Sequence record: PZ379598.1
Length of the DNA stretch: 40,118 nt
Direction: 5' to 3' (one strand)
DNA from: a phage
Position numbers and translations under genes: made by a program. Below, one piece after another: positions 9,901-18,020 of the stretch (within the stretch, counting starts at the first letter, position 1; the number at the start of each line of letters is the position of its first letter). The notes below the pieces were generated by a model that saw only the letters and a program-made list of their open reading frames with translations, searched no databases and was not told where the DNA came from.

Positions 9901-10855
9901 TCAGAGGGTCCACACCAGCGCCAATCACACCAGCGGCTAACTGAGCACCAGTCCCAGCCTTGGCCTTCTCTTGGTCCAACTTCTGGTTCTCAAGCGCCAA
10001 GTTAATAAGCTCGGTCAGGTTCTGAGGAGAGCCTCCAGTAATGACTCCGTAATACTGAGGCAAAACACCAGCGTTACGAATCTGGTCTAGCTCCTCACGA
10101 GACCACTTATGGTTGTTCCATCTGGTTGGGTTGAACACATCGCCAATGACATCCAGTGAGTCCTCAGTCTGACCAGCTCGTATAGCCACGCCGACCATAG
10201 AGTTCTTCACTTCAGCTTCTGTAGCCGCACCGAAACCGAACCACGTAGAGCGGTCCTCTTGCTCCTGCATGGTCTCTCCAGTAGCCTTATAGAACATCTC
10301 ACCGAACGATTCGTTGGGAGCTTCAGGTGCTTGACCATCAATGTTCAGACCAGCAGCGGTCGGAAGGTTCTCACCCAGAGCTACTTTAGGTTTAGCCTTG
10401 AGTCCTTCCGTGAGTGCGTCAAATACGTTAGCGCTTACTGGTGGAGTCTTTGGGCTAATGCCATTGAGTGCTCTTGCGACTCCCTTCTGATAGACTTCTG
10501 GGTCGTACCGGGAGCCTGTCTCATGGTAGCCGATAGCCTCAGACAGAGAGGCGAGGACATCATGGTTCGTCAGGTCGATACTTTGTGTTGCTGGAATACC
10601 AGTCGCAGCCACAACAGAGTTGATGTAGGACTGAGTGTCGTTCTCGCTCGGAGGTGCCCATCTGTTGATAATCTTCTCGATAGAGTCATAACCTTGGCGA
10701 CCGTAGCTTTGAAGGGTTTTCGCTAATGCTCTGACCCCAGATTCAGGACTGTCGAAGATAACGAATGCACCATCATCGCCTATAGCACCTTCCCACTGGT
10801 CTTTGGACTTACGGATATTGCCCGGATTTGCGTTCCTTACACCACGTGTTGCCAT
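6968..10855 (-). CDS. gp16: Internal virion (core/ejection) protein D (T7 gp16-like) with a divergent N-terminal domain
   Basis: 1295 aa; long colinear similarity to recalled T7 gp16 from about residue 185 onward (STWFGF, TRWN.H.W..EEL, VTGGSP.NL, VRSPTGMQSGASGK, MENPAIFG, NGDIAIMG.TGKTTK, RAMDLWR). The first ~180 aa do not resemble the T7 transglycosylase domain. Confidence 0.9.
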   Translation of the reverse strand: MATRGVRNANPGNIRKSKDQWEGAIGDDGAFVIFDSPESGVRALAKTLQSYGRQGYDSIEKIINRWAPPSENDTQSYINSVVAATGIPATQSIDLTNHDVLASLSEAIGYHETGSRYDPEVYQKGVARALNGISPKTPPVSANVFDALTEGLKAKPKVALGENLPTAAGLNIDGQAPEAPNESFGEMFYKATGETMQEQEDRSTWFGFGAATEAEVKNSMVGVAIRAGQTEDSLDVIGDVFNPTRWNNHKWSREELDQIRNAGVLPQYYGVITGGSPQNLTELINLALENQKLDQEKAKAGTGAQLAAGVIGAGVDPLTYVPIAGQVGKGGKLVNKMFTVAAQSGALAGVSEMARTSVAGGDAHVAEAILGGALFGGGMTAIADGLGRALGRNTNEFAGPATRLEARETARNVDGQDLSRLPIQEGEQTFSHQGVKFADVPNEPGSVRLEDGSILIGENPLNPKTRQVFDEVIEPERAAAGVNLGGLTEIGLKLLRSENPEIRGVAADLVRSPTGMQSGASGKIGTTASDVFERLRSVDHRFYNDIDDAVTEALKDPYFQTAFWRDSGAFRQDIYQRVSMAIEDGSGNLKAELTPGEMKVYDLLKNQFDAKREMMENPAMFGRPDAQSIFPGSHFKGTYVPHVYSKQMKELYIKELGSPEALQEAIKKSWLTSYASRPEVKKRVDEALLEADPTLTPEGLAAAVDKYANDKAYGISHTEQFERSSVMEENINGLVGLENNSFLEARNLFDSDMSIVLPNGQTFSVNNLREWDMDKIVPAYNRRINGDIAIMAGTGKTTKDMKDLVETMMNKAGDDGKLKGEVSTLRDTLKILTGRARRDGADDAAFATVMRTMTDLSFFAKNAYMGVQNLTEIGGMLARGNVRAMLHGVPIFRDLAFRNKKVGASEIKDLHNVIFGKELDDSIRPSKQDVIDRLRSYSDLSRGTATALGTAKYYTGELAVRSPFTKVLNGTTNYLLDAGRQGFLSDIVEHSLTGSKRKFDDRWLKTAGISDEQWSGIKSLIRESVTRGPDGKYTIKDKKAFSQDPRAMDLWRMGDTIADETLLRPHKLSNMDAKAYGPLAKTVLQFKNFVIKSINGRTMRTFYNATKNNRAIDAALSTVMSMGLAGIYYMAQAHVKAYAMQDGRDRDYLKQALDPTMIGYAALSRSSHLGGPLGVANILGGIAGYEDTKMLRSSILPRSPTEKPERAIAYGAATSDPVMNVVGNFLEQVPAFGYAANVGASAYNLAGYLKADTRVNERDYMTGMYNTLRELVPNDPITQKLLLGTFEEQGIHIKD

Positions 10856-11286
10856 GTCTTTCTCCTCAATATATTTCGTATGGAAACGACGCTTACCCCG
10901 TATAAGGTGGAAAGCTCAGATACTTTTAATGGACTGGAGCGTATTTCCCTAACAGATTCCTCTGTCAGTATAGCTCTGCCTGCTCCACTACCTCTTGCCT
11001 GTCGGCCTCTGGATACCTTATCTGCAATGTTGTCAGCCTGCGTTCCTACTTCAAGGTGTTCAGGATTTATGCATGATGGATTATCACATTTATGCCTAAC
11101 AACATAGCCATCTGGTATTGGCCCCTTATTTATGGAGTAGGAGAGACGATGTGCCATATACTTAACCCTAGCCACCATTATCCTTCCGTATCCTTCTCCG
11201 TCTAAGTGGCCTGTGAATCGGATACAGCCAGACTCTTCAGCTACTGACAGTTCTGCCAGTCTCTCACTGGCTGTCCCGTTCTTCAT
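10837..11286 (-). CDS. HNH homing endonuclease with C-terminal helix-turn-helix-like tail
   Basis: 149 aa; HNH core (GYGRIMV...HRLSYSINKGPIPDGYVVRHKCDNPSCINPEHLEVGTQADN); wedged between the gp15 and gp16 genes. Confidence 0.8.
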   Translation of the reverse strand: MKNGTASERLAELSVAEESGCIRFTGHLDGEGYGRIMVARVKYMAHRLSYSINKGPIPDGYVVRHKCDNPSCINPEHLEVGTQADNIADKVSRGRQARGSGAGRAILTEESVREIRSSPLKVSELSTLYGVSVVSIRNILRRKTWQHVV

Positions 11287-11288
11287 GT

Positions 11289-13571
11289 TTACTCCTTACC
11301 GATTAGTACGTTTGCGATACCCTCCAGTGAGACGTCATTGTACATCCCACCGCGCTTCTCGATGTTGGCCTCTCGGTCAGCTCGACGTTTGTCGCCAGCA
11401 GCTTTAGTCCCGACGATACGCGAACGCTTGTTAGCGTCACGTTCTGCCTGAGCGTATGCGGCATCTTGTGCCTTCTGCTGTTGTTCGCGGTAGAGTTTAC
11501 CTACAAGTTCTTTATCGTAGCGAATACGAATAGTCCCTGTAGCGTCTTGGAGGAAGATAGAGCCGTTCTGTTCAACAACGGACAACTGAGAGTTCACTAC
11601 CCAAGGGTTGGCCTTAATGAGCTGCTTACGAGCGGTGTCGATAATGTCTCGACCAACCTGCCACGACTCTGGGTTATCCCCGACCATAAGCTGGTGCTTT
11701 GACACCATGCCGATGGACTTACCGTCAGAACCTTCAGACTGGAACGTTACGGTATTTTCATTCAGCCATCGTTGAGTCTGCTGAGTTGCAGCATCAGCGT
11801 TACCTGTACGGTAGTACCATGAGTCCCATACCTTACGAGCACTTGAGTCCAGAGACGTTGGGAGGCGAGACAACTGGGTGTTCTTGGAGTCGTTCTTCAG
11901 CTCCTGCCACGCCTTGTCTGACTCCATGCGCATCTCACGGCTTTGACTTGCAGCTTGCTTATCAGCTTCAATCATCGTCTGAGGGTCCAGACCCATCTTG
12001 TCCATCTGGTCGAACGTAGAGAACAACTGAGCTTGGTCAGGATACAGAGCAGCAAAACTTGAAGGGTCCTGAGTGTAGGCACGACGAAGAGACTCGAAGC
12101 GTTGCATCTTGTCTGGGTCGTACTGTCCACGGATGACCGCAGCTTGCCACTCACCAGCAGCGTCCTGAGTAAGCGTCTGGAATGCATTACGGAACGGACC
12201 GTTGTTAGTGTCAGCTCTTAACAATGCCACCTTCTGAGCGTCCTTAGCAGCCTCAGGGATGTCCATCTGGTCAATCTGCTGTAGCTTTGCAGACGCATAG
12301 TTGTTCATGTCTGAACGCTTGAACTCTCCTGTAGCTTCAGAGACCGGAAGGTCCTCATAGTTGGTGGACACGTTGTCCCCAGCCAGACGTCGCTGATACA
12401 CTTGGTCGATGACCAGTTGCTTGTTCTGAGTCTGGATTAACTTAGTGTTCTCCTTCGCCTGTTCAGCAGACTTACGCTTGACCGCTTCCAGTAAGCTGGC
12501 TTCGGCATTAATAAGCATCTGACGCTGAGGCGTGAGTTCTTCCCCCGGCTGAAGCAGGTTGTTCTGCTCCTTGAGTTTCTGAATCTGGGCCAGACCGATG
12601 GTTGGGTCGTCCTGAAGAATCGCAGACTGAACGCCTAACGATAAGTCTTCCTGATACTTAGCCACCAACTTGTACTCGGTACCTTGAGCCTCAACCACAG
12701 CAGCATTGAAGACGTCAGGGCCTACAATCTCTTCGATGGTAGCATCAATACCGTTAAGGGTGATACGCTCGCCACGGACTTGCTGTAGGAAGTTTGAGCC
12801 TCCTGACTTCTGGATTGCGTCACGGACCGTCTGGGTGATTACCTCTCGTGCTCGCTGGTCCGAAGGGATAGCAGCAGTCGTCAGTCCATCCCGAAGGTAG
12901 GCCATGAAGGTCTTTCCAGACTCAGGCGAACGCATCAGGTCCCCATCGTTAAGGAACGAGTTCATCTCAATACGAGTGTTCAACATTGCTGTCTCTTCAG
13001 ACTGCTTGCTGAAATACTTATTGAAAGACCCATAGATAGCGATGTTTCGGTCTGTGATGTTATCGTTGAACCCGCGCTGAAAGAACTCGTCGGTAGGGTT
13101 AATACCCGCCTCTTCAGCATAGGACTTAGCGGCGTCCTGAAGTCTCTGGTGGCGATACTCTTCCATGTCCTGACGTGTACGGAACTCACCGTTCTGAATC
13201 TTAACGTTAATCTCGTCATCAACCGCAAAGGCAGCGTTACGGCCCGTCTTGACTCGAAGTGCTTCCATAGCGTAAGGGTCATCCTGATACAGCAATGTAC
13301 CGTTCTGAATAGCCTCACGTCTTTGCTGAGGTGTCAGCTTACGGATAATCTCGTTAGACCGCTCGTCGGCCCGTGTCTTCTCCTCGTCTTTGAACTGCTT
13401 GTATAATCCAGTACCAGACTCAACGAAGTTGGTTAACGCCCGAGCAAGACCTGAGTCACCAGTTGGAGCCTGAACGCTGGCTGCTTGATAGTTGACGGCG
13501 ATAGTTTTACCCGGAGCCCTGCCACGACCCATAGTCCGATTAGCCAGAGCTGATTCAATATTACTAGCCAT
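11289..13571 (-). CDS. gp15: Internal virion protein C (T7 gp15-like)
   Basis: 760 aa, located between the gp14 and gp16 homologues; size and position match T7 gp15 (747 aa). Confidence 0.8.
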   Translation of the reverse strand: MASNIESALANRTMGRGRAPGKTIAVNYQAASVQAPTGDSGLARALTNFVESGTGLYKQFKDEEKTRADERSNEIIRKLTPQQRREAIQNGTLLYQDDPYAMEALRVKTGRNAAFAVDDEINVKIQNGEFRTRQDMEEYRHQRLQDAAKSYAEEAGINPTDEFFQRGFNDNITDRNIAIYGSFNKYFSKQSEETAMLNTRIEMNSFLNDGDLMRSPESGKTFMAYLRDGLTTAAIPSDQRAREVITQTVRDAIQKSGGSNFLQQVRGERITLNGIDATIEEIVGPDVFNAAVVEAQGTEYKLVAKYQEDLSLGVQSAILQDDPTIGLAQIQKLKEQNNLLQPGEELTPQRQMLINAEASLLEAVKRKSAEQAKENTKLIQTQNKQLVIDQVYQRRLAGDNVSTNYEDLPVSEATGEFKRSDMNNYASAKLQQIDQMDIPEAAKDAQKVALLRADTNNGPFRNAFQTLTQDAAGEWQAAVIRGQYDPDKMQRFESLRRAYTQDPSSFAALYPDQAQLFSTFDQMDKMGLDPQTMIEADKQAASQSREMRMESDKAWQELKNDSKNTQLSRLPTSLDSSARKVWDSWYYRTGNADAATQQTQRWLNENTVTFQSEGSDGKSIGMVSKHQLMVGDNPESWQVGRDIIDTARKQLIKANPWVVNSQLSVVEQNGSIFLQDATGTIRIRYDKELVGKLYREQQQKAQDAAYAQAERDANKRSRIVGTKAAGDKRRADREANIEKRGGMYNDVSLEGIANVLIGKE

Positions 13572-13582
13572 TAGTCCTCCTC

Positions 13583-14170
13583 TTAGCTATGACCTGTAGG
13601 TGTGCCTTTAGCAGCACTAATCGGTGCGGCACCACCGGAGCTTGATGCCCCAGATATTGACTTGCCAGCAGCGTACCCTTGCATCCCGGCGTTAGCAACA
13701 TTAAGTGCATGAGCTAGTGGGCTGGTCTTGATGATTTTACCTTGACCACGGATAGCAGACTTGGTGTTCTCAATGTTGGCGATACGGTTCCCGAAGATAG
13801 CCGCATAGTCACGGTTGTAGCTTTCGGTAATCCCGGCTCTCTCCTTGACTGTGTCTCCCGCGACTTGACGTTCAATCCTGTCCATAGAGTTACCTTCCAG
13901 ACCGGACTCAGCTACCGCAGCTCGTACCATACCCTGATTGCGGATACCGTTTAACGTGGTCTCTGTCAGTTCAGCCATCTGCTGCTCCTTCAGGTCTCGC
14001 TCCTGCATCTTCAGGTTGGCGTCAGAGTAGTTCATCTGCTTAACCATCTCCTGAGCCTGACGGTTCTGAGCGTCGATAGCAGCACCCTCAGCTTTGGCCT
14101 GACTAGAAGCGGACATAGCGGCACCAGCTACAGCCATAATACCCATGCCGATACTTACCGGCTCGCACAT
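13583..14170 (-). CDS. gp14: Internal virion protein B (T7 gp14-like)
   Basis: 195 aa; matches recalled T7 gp14 (LEGSSMDRI, ENY.RDY.AIF, AAKGT.TG). Confidence 0.85.
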   Translation of the reverse strand: MCEPVSIGMGIMAVAGAAMSASSQAKAEGAAIDAQNRQAQEMVKQMNYSDANLKMQERDLKEQQMAELTETTLNGIRNQGMVRAAVAESGLEGNSMDRIERQVAGDTVKERAGITESYNRDYAAIFGNRIANIENTKSAIRGQGKIIKTSPLAHALNVANAGMQGYAAGKSISGASSSGGAAPISAAKGTPTGHS

Positions 14171-14625
14171 ACGTCCTCCTTAGAGATAGTGAATAGTTGA
14201 AAACGCTCACCAGTTACCTGGCTTACAGTCCAATCATCATGGAATTTAGCGCCAAGCAACTTCAAGAATTTAATGTGAGACTTATTGCCTGACCACACGT
14301 AGTTCCAGATGGTCCCGTATTGGTCTAACATTAAGTCCCTGTACTCAGAGATACACTTTATGAACTCTCGCTTCTCTTTAGGCCCCAGCTTGTAGACCAG
14401 ACCAGAAGTCAAGAACCATACGTTATCCCCTTGGTTTCCACCATAGGCAAACACTTCACCTACACCGTTCGTTAAAACCACAGATGATGGAGATAGATGC
14501 TTAAGCAGTCTTTCAGATAGACCAACGGTTGACCCGTAGTTTGCTTTGCACTCATTAACATCATCTGCTGAAAGATGCCACAGAAAGTAGTGGACATCCT
14601 GTTCCGTAGCCTTGCGAATATACAT
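14155..14625 (-). CDS. Gene 13-position protein (putative internal virion/assembly protein)
   Basis: 156-aa ORF between the phi13-like promoter and gp14; the assignment is positional only, sequence similarity could not be verified from memory. Confidence 0.6.
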   Translation of the reverse strand: MYIRKATEQDVHYFLWHLSADDVNECKANYGSTVGLSERLLKHLSPSSVVLTNGVGEVFAYGGNQGDNVWFLTSGLVYKLGPKEKREFIKCISEYRDLMLDQYGTIWNYVWSGNKSHIKFLKLLGAKFHDDWTVSQVTGERFQLFTISKEDVCASR

Positions 14626-14657
14626 AAAGTCTCCTTATAACCTTAAGGGCCTATAGT

Positions 14658-14677
14658 CCCTATAGTGATAGTTAAGG
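14658..14677 (-). promoter_or_regulatory. Phage RNAP promoter (phi13 analogue) embedded in a 12-bp inverted repeat
   Basis: Plus-strand CCCTATAGTGATAGTTAAGG, flanked by AAGGGCCTATAG (14645-14656) and its exact reverse complement CTATAGGCCCTT (14683-14694). Confidence 0.8.
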
Positions 14678-14701
14678 TAAATCTATAGGCCCTTCAATAA
14701 G

Positions 14702-17059
14702 TTAGACGGAACGAGCTTTCTTAGCGTATGACGCCTCCCAGCCACACCCAACGATGGACACTGGGGTAGGATAGTCTGACTCTAAGGTTAGACTCGTGGT
14801 TAATGCGTTACCATTCATAGCGAAGCGATACTGACCATCCCCAATGTTGGTAGTCCCAATGGTCTGCTGACCAAGGGTGTACCCATTAAAGGTATTCACG
14901 AACTCCCGCTCACCGTTTCTGACAATGAGTCTAAGAGCGCCAGTGTCCTTGTAGTTGACCCAAGCCCGACGAAGTTGTAGACGACCAGTGTCTTCAGACT
15001 GAGTGCCGCTATCGTCTTCAATCTTAATCAGGAACCGTGAGAACTTGTAGGACATCAGATAAGACCGTCCTATGAACACTGTACGTCCTGACCAATCGCC
15101 ATTTAGTATAGCCACAGTTGAGATGTCTGTCAATTCACCAAGGTCCACGTAGGCACCCTGACTGTCAATAAGATAGTACCGACCGGGAGACGGAGCGTTT
15201 CCACCATAAGCAGAACCAATGTCAACCGTAGTCTTATAGGTGTCAACGTTGTATGAGCCAATTGGTATTACCATAGACACCTTGGAGTCAACGTGGAGTC
15301 TATATGGCTCTAACGGAAAGTCGGTTGCCTCCTTGATAAACTTAAGGTGCTCAAGGTCCACGCCGCCTTGGTGCTGACGAACAATGAACATGGTAGAGCC
15401 AATCGAAGCAGACGCCAGAATCTTATCAGCTTTAGGGAACTCCCAGTGCGACCAAGAGGCTTGAAGCTGTACGCCGTCCTTAAACAAGAACTTATAGATG
15501 TAGATTCGGTTGTATGCACCTGTAGAGTTGACGCAGATGTAGTTCTCAGTCCCTGTACCTTGAATGTCAAACACCCCGTTAGGGATATAGGACAGTACGT
15601 GACCAGTGGTATCATCGGCATCCTTCACGTCAGACACATCTGCTACAGCGAAGTATCGCTTAATGCTGGTGAATGACCCACGAGGAGCTGAGAAGAAGAC
15701 TGAGCGTCCTACAGCGAACGGTCTGGCATTATCTCCTAAGGCAAACTCTGAGCCTACATCAAGCTGGATAGACTTCGAGGTAAGCACCCCAGAGCTTGTC
15801 ATCACGAACTGAACCTCATCCGACCAAAGTAGTAGCTGCTCGCTAAACGGAACGGCATACTTAAGGATTGAGATTCGAGGGTGACTTACAGCTACATCAA
15901 TAGGGTCATCATCACTCAGTGTCGCCACACTCTTAGGGAAGAACGAAAAGTAGCTGGCTGAACGGCTCATGATTACGTTCTCGCCTGACAAGAACCCTAG
16001 CCTGTTCCTGTAGAAGAACACATCGTTAATCGTAGCATCCACGAAGCTAGGCATAGGGTTTGTGTCATCATTACCAGCACCACGCTTGGACCAGTCCAGA
16101 GTCTTGAACTCAAAGGAGCCGTCAGATTGTCTCACCAGAGCATGTGGCATTGTGGTGTTATCGAACCCAGTGACCACTCCCGGCTCTACTGTCTCCTTCC
16201 ACGTCTTAGTGTTGGAGTCGTACATCACGTAATATTCATCGGCGCTACTGTTGGTCTCACCTTGAATCTTAATGATGTACCCATTTGGAGCTGCAAGAGG
16301 CAACTTAGAGATTGTTTGCACCGTGTCGAGTACTGGGCTGATTAGCTGGTTAGCATAGCCATCCTCCGTCTCCACTGAGTTAATGTCAGTCCCTGAAGGG
16401 GCAGTGATTAACAGGAATCCAGACCCAAGGTCGAACGTGAAGGTAGGGTAAGCAGCAACAAGAAGGTCTCTCAGAGCTGCACCGATGGCTTGAGCGTCCA
16501 CCTTAGGTGGGTCATTCTCGGCATCATTACCTGCTGGTAGCTTATGCGAGACCTTAACGTCACCGTTGATTCCCACCTTAAGGGTTCGACCATACTGTCC
16601 GCCACGCAGGTTAATTAAAGCTCGTGCTTTGCGGTTATAACCAGAGTGTGACTTCTCGCTTCCACCTTTAACGACAACCTTACGGTTCACGATGAACGTA
16701 TAGTCTGCAACAGTAACGACACGGATGTCATCTCGCGGGTTGGACGACTTAACGTAGTCTACCGCACCGGAAACTGAGTATTGATTACCACTCAAGTCAA
16801 CTACCTGAATGTTTGACCCATTGAACACGATGTAATACTGCTCATGCTCGTCACGGTTAATCAGGTGGAACTTAGGGTTGCTCCCAACGTCGATGTTAAG
16901 ACGTCTCTTGAAGACTGTAGGTGGACGCTTCTGGAGTCCATCACTCTCGGATGACCAGCAGTTAACCTGTGCCTCGCCTTGGTCCGAGAACCTCAGGATG
17001 TCTGGCTGCTGGCTAATGCCACCTTTAAGGTTCTTGATTGATTGAGTAATTAGTGGCAT
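14702..17059 (-). CDS. gp12: Tail tubular protein B (T7 gp12-like)
   Basis: 785 aa; extensive identity with recalled T7 gp12 (SQSIKNLKGGISQQPDILR, GLQKRPP, HLINRDEHEQYY, ILKYAVPFSE, RLQLRRAWVNY, GCGWE). Confidence 0.95.
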   Translation of the reverse strand: MPLITQSIKNLKGGISQQPDILRFSDQGEAQVNCWSSESDGLQKRPPTVFKRRLNIDVGSNPKFHLINRDEHEQYYIVFNGSNIQVVDLSGNQYSVSGAVDYVKSSNPRDDIRVVTVADYTFIVNRKVVVKGGSEKSHSGYNRKARALINLRGGQYGRTLKVGINGDVKVSHKLPAGNDAENDPPKVDAQAIGAALRDLLVAAYPTFTFDLGSGFLLITAPSGTDINSVETEDGYANQLISPVLDTVQTISKLPLAAPNGYIIKIQGETNSSADEYYVMYDSNTKTWKETVEPGVVTGFDNTTMPHALVRQSDGSFEFKTLDWSKRGAGNDDTNPMPSFVDATINDVFFYRNRLGFLSGENVIMSRSASYFSFFPKSVATLSDDDPIDVAVSHPRISILKYAVPFSEQLLLWSDEVQFVMTSSGVLTSKSIQLDVGSEFALGDNARPFAVGRSVFFSAPRGSFTSIKRYFAVADVSDVKDADDTTGHVLSYIPNGVFDIQGTGTENYICVNSTGAYNRIYIYKFLFKDGVQLQASWSHWEFPKADKILASASIGSTMFIVRQHQGGVDLEHLKFIKEATDFPLEPYRLHVDSKVSMVIPIGSYNVDTYKTTVDIGSAYGGNAPSPGRYYLIDSQGAYVDLGELTDISTVAILNGDWSGRTVFIGRSYLMSYKFSRFLIKIEDDSGTQSEDTGRLQLRRAWVNYKDTGALRLIVRNGEREFVNTFNGYTLGQQTIGTTNIGDGQYRFAMNGNALTTSLTLESDYPTPVSIVGCGWEASYAKKARSV

Positions 17060-17068
17060 AGGCCCTCC

Positions 17069-17296
17069 TTAAATCATACTCATTAGGACGTATCCCTCAG
17101 CGATGTCACCAACGTCAGCAATGTGGACAACCTTACGTGCTACCTGTTGTCCAGTATACCCGTTGTCCCACTCATTCAGGATAAGCCAGTCGCCAACCTT
17201 AAAGTCCCGGTCGTTAAGTCTCAGCTCTGCTGTCTTTAGACCTAGTTGTACCGGACCAAAGTGCTGGCGGTGAATCTTCAGGTTGTGACTAGCCAT
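17069..17296 (-). CDS. DUF3850-like (ASCH/PUA-like fold) small protein
   Basis: 75 aa; pattern H.LKI...F..V..G.KT.E.R.NDR.F.VGD.L.L.EWD..YTG characteristic of DUF3850 proteins as I recall them. The start overlaps the gp11 stop by 1 nt; T7 has no gene here. Confidence 0.7.
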   Translation of the reverse strand: MASHNLKIHRQHFGPVQLGLKTAELRLNDRDFKVGDWLILNEWDNGYTGQQVARKVVHIADVGDIAEGYVLMSMI

Positions 17297-17862
17297 TAGT
17301 CCCTCCCGATGTCGGACATCATGTTGTAGCGACCAGTGTCCATCTCGTACTCCATCACCTGCTGGTAGAGTTCTGCTTCCTGCTCACGAAGGTACAGTTC
17401 AGACTCTGGGCTACCGAAGAACTTAGCGTTGAACTCACGGCTAGCCTTGGTAACGATGTAGTCACGGAATACTACAGGCATCTCAGCGAACGGTTTCATC
17501 TCCACCAGTTCGACTGTAATTGGTCCAGTGAAGGTCGTGGACTGAGTGGACAGGTCATAGAGATAGCCCCCCATGTTGCTGTAGTAACTGGTAGCACCAG
17601 CAGTCATGACCCGAAGGTAAGACGGCAGGAATCGAATCCTATTGTCTTGGACATCAGGTGTCAGGACAGCAGCTTCGTTGATGTTAAAGTTCCAGCCTTT
17701 AGCTTGGACCTGACGATTGACACGATGCAGGATACGTTGAGCGTTCGAGACGTCAGCGTTACCTTCGTCAAGCTGTAGGACTGCTGGTTCACCGATAGCT
17801 GCTAACATATCGTTGATGGCATCTAAGTCATCGTTAGCATTCAGTGGAATGTATTGAGCCAT
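17296..17862 (-). CDS. gp11: Tail tubular protein A (T7 gp11-like)
   Basis: 188 aa, immediately downstream of the Tphi-like terminator and upstream of gp12; size and position match T7 gp11. Confidence 0.85.
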   Translation of the reverse strand: MAQYIPLNANDDLDAINDMLAAIGEPAVLQLDEGNADVSNAQRILHRVNRQVQAKGWNFNINEAAVLTPDVQDNRIRFLPSYLRVMTAGATSYYSNMGGYLYDLSTQSTTFTGPITVELVEMKPFAEMPVVFRDYIVTKASREFNAKFFGSPESELYLREQEAELYQQVMEYEMDTGRYNMMSDIGRD

Positions 17863-17977
17863 AGGTTTACTCCTTAACGGTCATAGGCGCTAGACGGTGA
17901 GCTGGACAGCAGGTACGCCCAGAATAAGACGAATAGTGCTAACCCTGTGTAAATAAGGACCATAGTCCCTCCTTAAG

Positions 17978-18016
17978 CAAAAAACCCCTCAAGCACCCGA
18001 AGGCACCCAAGGGGTT
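17978..18016 (-). terminator. Tphi-like intrinsic terminator (for phage RNAP and host)
   Basis: Minus strand AACCCCTTGGGTGCC-TTCG-GGTGCTTGAGGGGTT followed by TTTTTG: about 15-bp stem with G-U pairs, UUCG tetraloop and U-tract; very similar to recalled T7 Tphi and in the same position after gene 10. Confidence 0.85.
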
Positions 18017-18020
18017 TCAA

